64,000 nucleotides of DNA from NCBI RefSeq assembly GCF_964204645.1, contig NC_134031.1, positions 18,731,910 to 18,795,909 of the forward strand, read 5' to 3'. The notes under the pieces are model-generated. The model was given only the letters and a program-made list of their open reading frames with translations, ran no database searches and was not told where the DNA came from. Positions 1 to 12,215 of the stretch are shown one piece after another. The number at the start of each line of letters is the position of its first letter. Position 1 is the stretch's first letter. Source of the DNA: Tubulanus polymorphus (taxonomy: Eukaryota; Animalia; Nemertea). A program made the translations under genes and the position numbers.

Positions 1-930
1 TACAATAAAATTGAGATCTATAGAATAAGTTACGTCATGACAATCATTGACAATGCAGCAGTCCTTCATAATATCAATGATTATTCCCATTTTGATCCCA
101 TGCATCATTCTAATGAATATGTATTTTGCGTATCTATGCATTATACATACAGTTAACCTGCCCTGGGACAGGCAAAGGTGGTCCGGGGTAAACGAAGTTC
201 GAATTGAGGATTGGAAAATAGGAGGTTAGAAAATGAGTTTTTTGAGTCAAACGAAAGTCCCTGTTGGTCGTGCCCGGATTTTCCTATTTATATTTTACGG
301 GCCACGATGCAGAAGACATATATACGTGTGTACAATCGATATGGCTTCATGTCACCTTATATTCCATTCACTGCGAGACGTATATACTTGTATATCGTGA
401 ATTATGAACACATGTGTGTGCATTTTAATTGTACTCGACACTCACTATGCGTATATACGGTGCTATAGTCTGTTCGTGTCTCCTGATTCAATAATTCAAA
501 CGTACGGTTTTAAACCAATAATTCTCCCTTTGTTCTGGCGCGCGTATACAACTAACCTAGATAAAAATGCGTTCAGAATCTATTAGAAATCCATTCTTTT
601 AAATCATGGATTGTATGGTTTTTTTAAATTGAATTTGGCAGAGTAGAAAGTGGTCAGTGAAATTTGGTGATTCTATTCAATTTCGTAGTAATTGGTTGTT
701 GGCATTATACAACATATACAACATTTGAAAACATAGCTAATGGTCGGATAATAATATGTACAATATATGTCACTTATTAACGTTTGGTTTCAATACAGTG
801 TCCTGCAACCGTCTTAACCTCGAGCACGACCTGTGAATTACGAGTTCACCGCGAAAGGAGCGTACATTGATCTATGATTAGTCTTATTTACGAGTTCACA
901 GCGAAAGGAGCGTATGTTGATTTCGACTTA

Positions 931-1252
931 CCGGCTGTCCAGAAAAGACGTCCACACAAAATTGCAGTGTTGTGACCCCCACCCCATGTCTACAGAACAT
1001 CTACATTGCCCTAACCCCCTCCCTTGTCTAACGGGCAAAAAAAGAATAAAATACATCGGATCGGATATCCAGCCATATGCAGTTTCATTCACTTCATCAT
1101 TTATTACACACTTGAGCCGACTACAGTGTGTTATTCCATACATTATCTTGAAAACATATCTCGATGTCCACATCCAAACAACCCTTTCCCCCTGTCCACA
1201 AAGTTCACAAACCCCCTCCCCTTGACCTTAGACGCCTTTTATGGACAGCCCT
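931..1252. mobile_element. PIF/Harbinger-like MITE inserted in a short tandem repeat
   Basis: TIR GGCTGTCCAGAAAAGACGTC / GACGCCTTTTATGGACAGCC; flanks TTA / TTG. Confidence 0.7.
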
Positions 1253-1597
1253 TTGCGAGTTCACAGCGAAAGGAGCGTACGACGTTGCTATTTGCGCGAA
1301 CAAACGAAGCGAAGCTCGTTAACGCTATCAAGTTTAATTAGCCGCAATAAAACCGCCACCATTTTGTTTTATGTTGGCCATTAAATCAACAACAAGTACT
1401 AGCTGGAAATCTCGGTATTTCTGAGGATGATTTCGAAGCAATTATTCTAATACAATTAATGCTATAATTCTTCATGAACTGCCTAGGAACGAGTGATTAG
1501 TTGTTGTGTTGGCTGTGCTTCGTTAAAGAGATTATAATCGTTGTTTTTAGATTTGCTGTCTTCACCCCCCCCCCCTCCTAGCACTTATTGACTACTG

Positions 1598-1654
1598 GAC
1601 CCAGTTCCACAGATCTTTAAATCTAATCTTAACATACATATGTAGAACTTGGTC
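1598..1654. mobile_element. short Harbinger-like MITE (CWG family)
   Basis: CTG|GACCCAGTTCCACA...TGTAGAACTTGGTC|CTG. Confidence 0.6.
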
Positions 1655-1657
1655 CTG

Positions 1658-1852
1658 ATCTGTGGAAATAAGCCATGAACTGCGGGACTGAGCCGTGCAC
1701 TGTGGAACTGGATTCTGAGCTGGAGAACTAGATCCTAAACTGTGGAACTAGATCCTGACATTGGAACTGAAATCTGAACTGTGGAATAGGCCCAGAACTG
1801 TGGAACTGGCTCCTGGACTGTGGAACTGGGTTCTGAGCTGTGGAACTGGGTT
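1658..1852 (+). repeat. 20-bp minisatellite derived from MITE TIR + TSD
   Basis: About 10 degenerate units of AACTGTGGAACTGGRTCCWG. Confidence 0.8.
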
Positions 1853-4388
1853 TTACTTGAATTTATTCCAAATCCGACTGGCCTACTCACGACCTATTTC
1901 TAAATAGTCCACCACTGACGTTCAGTCTCTTACCCTGTGGACCACCTTTCCTTCAGCTTAGAACATTCGAAGCATAGAATTCATGATAAATTTCTACAAA
2001 ATCATATCAGACTAAATCGAACAATATCTGAGTTGTATCTGTGTTTATTTCGATAATGTGTATCGGTGCCTGGGAGGCAGATGTTACTATACGATGATGA
2101 ATATAATATAGTATCGTTTTACCTAATAGAACAATCGCATACACACACACACACACACACACACAACCCACATGTGCAATAATAATATTCGAAAATATTT
2201 ACTCTATTTATCAGTTTCATCCGCGACGGCATTTCTGAAATTCCTGACACAACAACGCGACATGATTCAAACCGAACCTATTCAATACATTTACAGTACA
2301 TAAAGAATTATATTTATATACGTGAAAAAGAGTAACTTTGATCGGACCACACAACGAAATAAACAACAAGCTATTTGATATTTGAGATTTTGTTTCGGCG
2401 TCCGATTTAGAGACGATCAAATGCATTTATCAAAAGAGTTATCTGCGCCCAATCAACCCAGTCCCCGGATACTAGGCCGACATAGTAGTTTCGATTGAAA
2501 ACTACATCCAAGAATTTAGAGTGGTTTTGTTTTGATTGTCAATCGTTTAAACTCGATTCTAGATGTTTTGCACATTTTCCACGTGAAACTGAACCTAAAT
2601 ATTGAAAGCCTGGACCCATAGGTGAATAACCGTAGTATAGAAAAACTAGACCAATCCATGGCCACCCTACATCCATATACGTTGATAAACCGGACCCATT
2701 CATATAGACATCCTACAGTTTATAAAAAGCCCCGCTATTTTAAACCTTTTCAAGAAATAAACATACGATCTCTAGTTACTGAATGGTATAACAGGGATTT
2801 ACTATTCCATGTATTCGCTACTGGGGGTAGAGATAGATATATTATCAGCGTCAGTAGAACTCTCCATCTTCTCCTTCTCTCATCAACAACTAAACATTGT
2901 TCCGTTTCGTTTCCACTCGTAAATCTACTAAACGTCAGAAAATCGCTCTCCCGAAAACTGATGAAGATTTTCCCGAACTACATCGCTGAATATTGCAGCT
3001 TTATGCATTATGAACGGTACGATAAATTGTGAACATGAAACGCCTTTCATCAGCAAGATATTCTTGTTATCTTTAAAAAGAAAAATGAATAACGACTCAA
3101 AAACAAAGCGAATGAAGAATTGCCACAGTTGTGAGCCAGGATCTGAATACGGAATGAACTAACTCCAGGCAGCTGGGGTATATGATTTTCCAGTCACTAT
3201 GGAGGCTGTCGTGTTGGAAACAATGAAATGCCCAGGAGCTAATGATATCATTCCGTGTTAGTACTTTACAGTATATCTCACATTGGGATGACGAGTGGTT
3301 ATCTACTATTCAACGCTGGATGTAACAGTCACCCGTGCCCAGTGCTCAGGACAGGTCGCTCGAATTTAGCTGGAGCAGACATTTTTAGTGAAGTGTGGAG
3401 GAATTTTATTTATGAGACCCACTCACGCGGCTGCAACGATATTAGACGAAAGATAATAATTTTACAACAGAAATTCGTCTTCTCGGTGAATTCAAACATT
3501 TACTTTTGACATACACTCTTCAAATTTCAATAGTTTACCTTTTTCAAAAAAGACCTGTCCTGCAGAAATGTCAAGAAAATTCTCATTCAAAGCATTCTAC
3601 TATCTTTCTCCTGTTGTTCTAGATAGTAACGCCACCGTTTATTATCTATCCGATTCGATAAAGCGTTAACAAGAAATGTTTAAAATTTCACTATTATCAA
3701 CATTTTTCATCTATACAGAAATTTTTGTTTCGTCTCAACGTAACATGATCTTAAAAAGTACCGCGTATATTGCCCTATACACGAGTGGGGACCTAATAGC
3801 AAAGAATCCATGAAATAGAGCGCGTTTATTCAGTAAGCAATGATGCAAAAATGAAAATTGATGGTGTAGTTATTATTATTTCTAACACGCTCAGTTATAA
3901 GTTTACCTGTATCGGATGGAATTTGTTCCGAGTTGGTTTTTATGAGATGTTAACACGATAGTTTACAGTAGAGATACAGTCAGTTCTGTTATATGCATCT
4001 AATACATGAATTAGGAATGAATTCATCACAATTTCTGTGGTTTGTGACATGAAAGATGACCACTGGCTAGAAATACATATTGAGGTCGCTCGTGGTGTAG
4101 TTGTTACAAAAAATCCTTATCGGACAAGTTTCGTTGAGAGCCGTTCGCCATCAGAAGGCAAAATCTACTTATCTAAATCAGATCTTGCTTTTCTAGTAAT
4201 TCTAAGGTTACCGTAAATAGATTCTTTATATCCTCACATAAATCTTTAATCGATTTCCAAAGCAATTTTGACTCTGTATGCAACAAGTGTGGTTAGATAC
4301 ATAAAAGCGGTTGATTTGAAGTTACACTTTGGTCTGGGTCTTGGATTCTGTTGTCTAATATCGGAATATTTCAATATTACTATTTCAG

Positions 4389-4584
4389 GTCTTAGCGTTT
4401 GTTTGTTCACTGATCGCTACTATTTTACTGATAGTCACTCACGTCAGTACCGAATGGCTAACGACATCAGGATATCGCCAGGGACTGTGGAAATACTGTT
4501 CCCTGATCAACTTAGAAGTGACAGGAATCACCACGACTTTAGCCCCCGGGACGGATACCTGCGTGCACCATCCTTCCGATAAAG
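4389..4584 (+). CDS. TMEM47: TMEM47/VAB-9-like claudin-family protein, internal coding exon (TM1 + ECL1)
   Basis: ttcag acceptor and G|gtaagc donor. Reads VLAFVCSLIATILLIVTHVSTEWLTTSGYRQGLWKYC...TC, containing the W-GLW-C-C claudin/PMP22 signature. This frame is not in the ORF track. Confidence 0.88.
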
Positions 4585-5005
4585 GTAAGCGCAACTGACT
4601 CTGTATATATATGGCTAATGTTAAACTAATGTTCGTTTCAGTAATGTATCCTCTAAGAGCAATCAATGTTGAGATGCTCCTAGTAGACTTCAGGCAGTTC
4701 TGTGGGAGATGGCTTTGCTTCGCTCTGGAGTTTAAAATCCACGACTGTTCGAATCCGAACGAGGATGGTAGCATACATTCCTGAACAAAATCTTATTTCC
4801 ACACAGCCGCAGTCTGTGCGAAGACCGAACATATTAAGATACTGCGGAGCGTATAGGGATTTGTAATTGAAATGCCAAGAACAGTGACATTCCACCATAG
4901 AATTCACGATTCTCTTAATAAACGTATTAAATCAGTCTATTGAGAACGATAATTTCAACATGAGCGACTAATCTCAATAAATCTTGTATTTCATTTTATT
5001 TCCAG

Positions 5006-5155
5006 CCTGGGTGCACGCATCTGCAGCTCTATGCGTTATCGGTCTATTGTTAACGTTCGCGGCCTGTGTTCTATGTGGGGTCGGGTTGGCCCTGAAACCC
5101 ACCGACATCAAATATAAACTCTACAGAGTAGCCATGTATCTGTTATTTGCTGCAG
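5006..5155 (+). CDS. TMEM47: TMEM47-like exon (TM2, start of TM3)
   Basis: ttccag acceptor and G|gtaag donor, phase 1-1. AWVHASAALCVIG...KLYRVAMYLLFAA resembles TMEM47 FYRPVAVMLFAA. Confidence 0.9.
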
Positions 5156-5508
5156 GTAAGAACTCGGGCATCTCCGGCATCGATTGCCATTTTCTTGAAG
5201 GCGTTTAGTTGACCACACCCAAATGTGTTTTATGGCGGTAAATCGTTATTTTACCCCCGAGAGATGATAGTTAGCGGCGGTAAATAGAGCAGTTTTCAAA
5301 GATAAATCGATGAAATAACGGTCGGCTGCTCGATAGATTTCCGTCGGCAGACGACTTCAACAGTTTCCGGTATATGATTGATGTGGGAATAGGTTCCGTT
5401 AGGTTTTAACGTTATGAAGCTGAGAATTGCACACGTCAATGCTTTGATTTAAGGCCCCCAGAATTGTTTGTATGATGTAGTCTCAAATCGAATTCATCTC
5501 AATTTCAG

Positions 5509-5735
5509 TTTTGTTGATGATCATCAGTTTGATCGTGTTTCCAGTAATGGCCATACAAGAACTGAACGCACGACCGATAACGAGGAAATACTGGGAGTTT
5601 AACTGGGCGTATGGGATCGCCTGGGGCGCCACGGCGTTCTGTATAGGGGGCGCAATTTTACTCCTGTGCGATAAAGAAAGCGAAGAGATTTACTATAGAG
5701 AGAAGATACACCGAGGTATATCATCCGACGCGTGA
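5509..5735 (+). CDS. TMEM47: TMEM47-like terminal exon (TM3-TM4, C-tail)
   Basis: tttcag acceptor, phase 1. WEFNWAYGIAWGATAFCIGGAILL closely matches the TMEM47 motif [22 protein letters not shown] as I recall it. TGA ends at 5735. Confidence 0.92.
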
Positions 5736-6465
5736 TTGCATTGATTCGGAGCGCTCCTTAAAAACGATTTCATGTGACCCCTTTAAAACGAGATCCCATC
5801 TATTATCAAACTATTCCGACTAATGTAGGAAACGAAATGAAGTGGGTTAAGGCTCAATAACGACCTTCGAAGTGCGTTCGATCGATAACCTTCATATTAA
5901 ATTCAATTACATTCAAGTGAATATTGACTTCTGATCTAGTGACCTTTCAAACTGGTTCGAGGACAATTCGACTTTCGCCCGAGGTGCAACTAAGTGGGAT
6001 ATTGACCTTCGCAAGGTCGACTCGCCCTAAGCGTGACGTCAGTGACACTGGACGCTGAGATTGAGTGTGAACTGCTGTCTGATGTAAAAATGAAATTAAT
6101 TTCAGTCTTTGTGGTTAGTAATATGTGTACATAGCTTTTCATCATTTCAATTCATCAAAACCTGTCACCTTGACAATAATCAAAAGATAGAATACGCCAC
6201 GCCTCCATGCGGGGATTCAAAGTACAACCGGGTTTTTTAAAAAGAATTTAGAAGTAGACAGACTTATAGCTGTTAATGACAAAATGTTCTACGTGGATTT
6301 ACTGTAGCATTGTAAATGTATATACTACAATTTTATCATATATTTCGTTTTATCCCGGTATCGATGTCCCAGCGTTTTTGGAAACCAGAAAACCGCGTCT
6401 GCTGAAATGAACCTGATCGTTTTTATCGACTGATTGTTACTTATTGAAATATTGCCATTTTCATA

Positions 6466-6491
6466 AATAAATGTATTTGCCAAAAAATAAA
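6466..6491 (+). terminator. candidate poly(A) signals of the TMEM47-like gene
   Basis: AATAAA at 6466 and 6486, about 730 nt after the stop, followed by T/GT-rich sequence. Confidence 0.4.
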
Positions 6492-6494
6492 AAT

Positions 6495-9400
6495 AGCTTT
6501 TGTGAGAAAAATCATTGCAAGTTACTTTGTATTTCAATTTCCGGAATTTTGGAATGAGATCAGTTGTCGTAATCGGTTCGATTGTTATATCTATAGTAAT
6601 CAACCGTAGGACGACTGTACGACGAATTCGACTTGGTTCACGAAAATTCCGCTAGGATTCTGGTGCGGAGAGTTGAAAATTCCACTCGGCAATGAAAAAC
6701 GACTGCAAGACAAGAGTTCATAGTTCACGAAAATTCAGCTTCCGGGATTCGAACCTGCTCATGTAGCCTCTGGTGTCATACGATATACAAATTATCCTCC
6801 ATATCAACAAGTTCTCCCGGCCCAAGGTTCGAATCCCAGTACGGGGAGGGATGGGAAAACCATGAATTATAATCATAGCTTCCCTTAAGGAATTATTACA
6901 ATATCTTAATTGTTGTTTTTAAGATTTTCTATATCGTTGAATGAGGTCAGTAGTGGTAACTTGTAATAGATTAATCGCGATTCGAAATAATTAACCGTAC
7001 TGTTCGTAGTTCATAGAAATACGACTGTACGACATATTCGACTTAGTTCTCGGAAATTCCTCTAGGACCTTATTGGCGCTGTGCAAAACGACTGCAAGAC
7101 AAATTTTCGTAGTTCACGATAATTCCGCGAGGATTCTTTGGCACGGATAATAGTTCACGAAAAAACCGCTAGGGTTGCCACAAGGCAATTCACTTGCCAG
7201 AGGCACCATGTCTTCCCGCCAGTTAGTTGGGGATTCGAACCTGATCATATGTCGCTTTGACACGCAATAATATGCAAATAACTGCTGCATAATTAATTAG
7301 CTTTTCTGACTTGAGGTTCGAATCCGAGCACTGACATAATTATTCAATCAATCGGTGGAAAATGAAAGCCATTCAATCCAGGTTGGCAATTCCTGACTCA
7401 AAGAAAAATAAATAAACAAACAAAACAAAGGGTTTCTTCTTTAGCCTTAAATATATAATTTTTATTTACAAAATGCTCCCATGGATAATTGAATTCTTTA
7501 TTATCATTATCATGATTAATTATCATTTATCTATTAATAATTTTCTTTTATAATGTTTATGATAATTATTATTTTCACAGTTTTCCCCTGGGCTGCTTTA
7601 TTCCATTTATACACATGTATACAAATAATAGTATTATATCTAAACACAGTACCATCATCGTCTTATATATTCACACGCACTTCTTCCTAAATTCAAGGCC
7701 CAGCTCCGCAGTCATCGGTTACGTTTGAATTTATAGAGTTAAAATAAGTTCTTGTTAACAGAGAACTGCGGAACTGGGACTCGGGCCCAGTTGCGCCTTT
7801 GTAACTGAGGGTCTTAAATCTGGTCTTCAAGTGGCAGTTTGACTACAAAACCAGTCTTTAAGTTGCGCAACTGAGGCCGCTTTATAATCTTTCGCTGATA
7901 ATTTCATTTCACAAACGCTGTTATCTTATTTGACGTATTTTATATGAATTCTAATTTCCATCTTTGTTTCTAAGCGCTGTATAAAAATAAATTCAGCCTC
8001 AGTTTTGCGAATGCGATCGTCCTTTATTCAAGAACAAACCGCTCCTAGAACTTAACATATCCTAGTATCGGCATGTCTTCAAACTCGGCTGAATGTTTGA
8101 CAACTCGTCTCAATAAAGTGCTTCAATTACATATTACATATATATATTTCTTTCATTTGTAACAAATTAAACTCTACCGCAGTCGTCTAACTGACTGACT
8201 GACACAGCGCGAGTGTTTCTTTTTCTTAAATGAAGTTTTATATCTACTAATACTTTGCCATCGAAAAAGCACCAACCACGGTCAACGACGCACGAAAAAA
8301 CAGAAAATTCAACATATTGCTAAAATAGGCATAAGATGATTTAATTGCATGAATTCAAAAACGCAGAGAAGCTTTTGTGAGAAAAATCATTGCAAGTACT
8401 TTGTATTTCAATTTCCTGAATTGTGGAATGAGATCAGTTGTCGTAATCGGTTCGATTGTTATATCCATAGTAATCATCCGTAGGACGACTGTACGACGAA
8501 TTCGACTTAGTTCACGAAAATACCGCTAGGATTATGGTGCGGAGAGGTGAAAAATCCGCTCGGATTCGAACCTGATCGTGTAGCCTCTGGTGTCATACAA
8601 TATACAAATTATCCTCCATATCAACAAGTTCTCCCGGCCCAAGGTTCGAATCCCAGTACGGGGAGGGATGGGAAAACCATGAATTATAATCATAGCTTCC
8701 CTTAAGGAATTATTGCAATATCTTAATTGTTGTTTTTAAGATTTTCTGTATCGTTGAATGAGGTCAGTAGTGGTAACTTGTAATAGATTAATCGCGATTC
8801 GAAATAATTAACCGTACTGTTCGTAGTTCATCGAAATACGACTGTACGACATATTCGACTTAGTTCTCGGAAATCCCTCTAGGACCTTATTGGCGCTGTG
8901 CAAAAACGACTGCAAGACAAATTTTCGTAGTTCACGATAATTCCGCAAGGATTCTTTGGCACGGATAATAGTTCACGAAAATACCGCTTGGGTTGCCACA
9001 AGGCAATTCACTTGCCAGAGGCACCATGTCTTCCCGCCAGTTAGTTGGGGATTCGAACCTGATCATATGTCGCTTTGACACGCAATAATATGCAAATAAC
9101 TGCTGCATAATTAATTAGCTTTTCTGACTTGAGGTTCGAATCCCAGCACTGACATAATTATTCAATCAATCGGTGGAAAATGAAAGCCATTCAATCCAGG
9201 TTGGCAATTCCTGACTCAAAGAAAAATAAATAAACAAACATAACAAAGGGTTTCTTCTTTAGCCTTAAATATATAATTTTTATTTACAAAATGCTCCCAT
9301 GGATAATTGAATTCTTTATTATCATTATCATGATTAATTATCATTTATCTATTAATAATTTTCTTTTATAATGTTTATGATAATTATTATTTTCACAGTT

Positions 9401-10136
9401 TTCCCCTGGGCTGCTTTATTCCATTTATACACATGTATACAAATAATAGTATTATATCTAAACACAGTACCATCATCGTCTTATATATTCACACGCACAT
9501 CTTCCTAAATTCAAGGCCCAGCTCCGCAGTCATCGGTTACGTTCGAATTTATAGAGTTAAAATAAGTTCTTGTTAACAGAGAACTGCGGAACTGGGACTC
9601 GGGCCCAGTTGCGCCTTTGTAACTGAGGGTCTTAAATCTGGTCTTCAAGTGGCAGTTTGACTACAAAACCAGTCTTAAAGTTGCACAACTGAGGCCGGTT
9701 TATAATCTTTCGCTGATAATTTCATTTCACAAACGCTGTTATCTTATTTGACGTATTTTATATGAATTCTAATTTCCATCTTTGTTTCTAAGCGCTGTAT
9801 AAAAATAAATTCAGCCTCGGATTTGCGAATGCGATCGTCCTTTATTCAAGAACAAGCCGCTCCTAGAACTGAACATATCCTAGTATCGGCATGTCTTCAA
9901 ACTCGGCTGAATGTTTGACAACTCGTCTCAATAAACTGCTTCAATTACATATTACATATATATATTTCTTTCATTTGTAACAAATTAAACTCTACCGCAG
10001 TCGTCTAACTGACTGACTGACACAGCGCGAGTGTTTCTTTTTCTTAAATGAAGTTTTATATCTACTAATACTTTGCCATCGAAAAAACACCAACCACGGT
10101 CAACGACGCACGAAAAAACAGAAAATTCAACATATT
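6495..10136 (+). repeat. 1.8-kb tandem duplication (6495-8318 and 8370-10136)
   Basis: Near-identical copies with scattered substitutions; copy 2 lacks about 58 bp near 8560; a 51-bp spacer separates them. Confidence 0.95.
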
Positions 10137-12003
10137 TTTTTACTTTACACGAAAAAAACAAATGCCACTGATAATTTTTTACCTCTAATATTTATCATCC
10201 AGCAATGAGACCGACAACACAGTTCATGTCACCAATAATTCATGAGCATCATAGCTTACTGTACATGATAAGGGTACATTTCTAGCAGGACTGGGCCAGA
10301 CGTTTTTCAAATTTTTGCAAACATAAAACGCCACCCTTTTTAACATTTGATGGGATATACAATCCTGGCTCACTAAAAGTATCGCTACACAACTGAGCTG
10401 GTTTGATTATACATAGCTTTCTAAGTCTAAAGTCGTTTTTGAAAAGAGATTTCGAATAAAATGAACGTTAAATTGTCTAAACAAATAATATTCTTATGAC
10501 TCGTGTTACAATTTGAGAGTCAGGGGAAGGTGTTCACACGACGTAACGTTGACACATGATTAAAGCGAAAAGCGGACATTTTTTTCCGGGGTCATTTTTT
10601 TCATAAGCACGATCAGCGTTGTTTACAAATATATTTACATTGTTCTGTACACAGTTCACAATATCGAGTTATCTTCAATATTCAACAGAGTCTGATTTTT
10701 CAATTTTTCACAAAAAAATAAAACGCAAATTCGCGCAGAGTTAAGATTTGCCGTCGACCTTCTATTGGAACTTGGCAAAATTTGAAAATATTAGGCCCCA
10801 GTTCCATAGATGTGGCTTGTTTCAAAATCAGTTCGGGCTTATTACTTTCATAGTCACGAGTGAATTTCAAAATCAACTGATCTTGATTGTGACCGGAGTA
10901 AATGAAATTGAGTAGCTGGTGCCTGCATGCGGTCAAATTTTGTTCTACAATACAGCGGAATTGGGATACGTTCATTTATAAACGAAACAAATCCCGATAC
11001 ATGCATCAATCAAATCTGGTCCCTTGAAAATAATATACCCAATTTCAGCGTTGTATCGAGGACTAAAGGCTTTGAAATACGAGATAACGAAATTCTTTTA
11101 TCCACGAGACTTTGTTCGGCTTCAGTTTTTCTTCAATCGTATCGCGTTACAAAATATGCTCTGCTTGAGGTAGGTACCGGTAGCTGGTTGAAATTAAAAT
11201 GACTGCAGAATTTTAAAATTCGAAACTTCGTTTTTTTATAAATAACGCCGAAAAACGTCGCAAACAATTTTAGTGTGAATTAAGTTGACAAAGGAATTTA
11301 AGAGCTAATTACTGAAAATCTAAAATCAAATCATAAATTGAATAAAAGTTTATGAAAAGAGTCTTAAGATTTTTTAAGAACTTCGAAAGATGAAGCACGT
11401 AAAAAGAATCATGCTGATAGAATTCACATGCATTTAATGGGCGCAAGAAAATGTCTTTGAATTTTGTTTTCAAACTTGAAATCATTGAAACCAAAATGTT
11501 TTGTAAAATTCATGATTTCGAATTAAATTTATAGAAAAAAAAACAGGTTTTATGCGTTTTTGGATTCATGCAATTAAACCATCTTATGCCTATTTTAGCA
11601 ATCCCTGCTATTCTTCTAAATAAAAATCAAATTAGTTCTAGATATACCCCAGAATGTCTTCACGCTATCGTAAAATGAAAAGGCATCGTAAACTTAAGAA
11701 CAAGTTGAATTTTTCAACAAATGAACCTCTATTCGTAGTTGATAACACACATTCATGAGTGGTGTTTTGAATGTCGAGTGCGAATGGAACAGGTTTAAAA
11801 AAAAAAAACAATAACTTCCTTTAAAATCAACTAACAACAGTCAAATAATTATAAATTATCTTCGCAATAACTAATTATTTTTACTTAATAAGCCATTTTT
11901 ACATGAGGACTGAAATTTTATAGACCCCGTGATAACTTTAATTCCGGGGGTTGACACGATTTACAAGTAGTTGATTTAACCCCCGAGATTTAAGTAAACA
12001 CTG

Positions 12004-12215
12004 GATCCAGTTCCACGGTTTTAGAGTGAGAATTAGTTCAATTACAAAGTTCAAACCCCAGACTCGAAACCTAACCGTAAAAACTGTGGAACCAGTTCCT
12101 GTAGTCAGTTGCACAATCATGGCTTGGATATAAAACATGTCGATCTAACAAATTAAAACTAGCCGTAAGATCTAAAACTGCTTTTAGCCATCAATCATGA
12201 CTGTACAACTCAGCC
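12004..12215. mobile_element. two abutting Harbinger-like MITEs
   Basis: CTG|GATCCAGTTCCAC...GTGGAACCAGTTC|CTG (12004-12098), immediately followed by TCAGTTGCACAATCATG...CATGACTGTACAACTCA. Confidence 0.6.

Noticed and set aside
3347-3562. 11-bp inverted repeat CAGGACAGGTC / GACCTGTCCTG as a MITE
   Set aside because: No TSD and no second copy in the window, so it cannot be supported.
4268-4582. ORF-track 104-aa ORF
   Set aside because: Wrong frame; the real TMEM47 exon is read in another frame from 4389.
6744-6845. Genuine tRNA gene
   Set aside because: B-box present, but no acceptor, D or anticodon stems can be folded.
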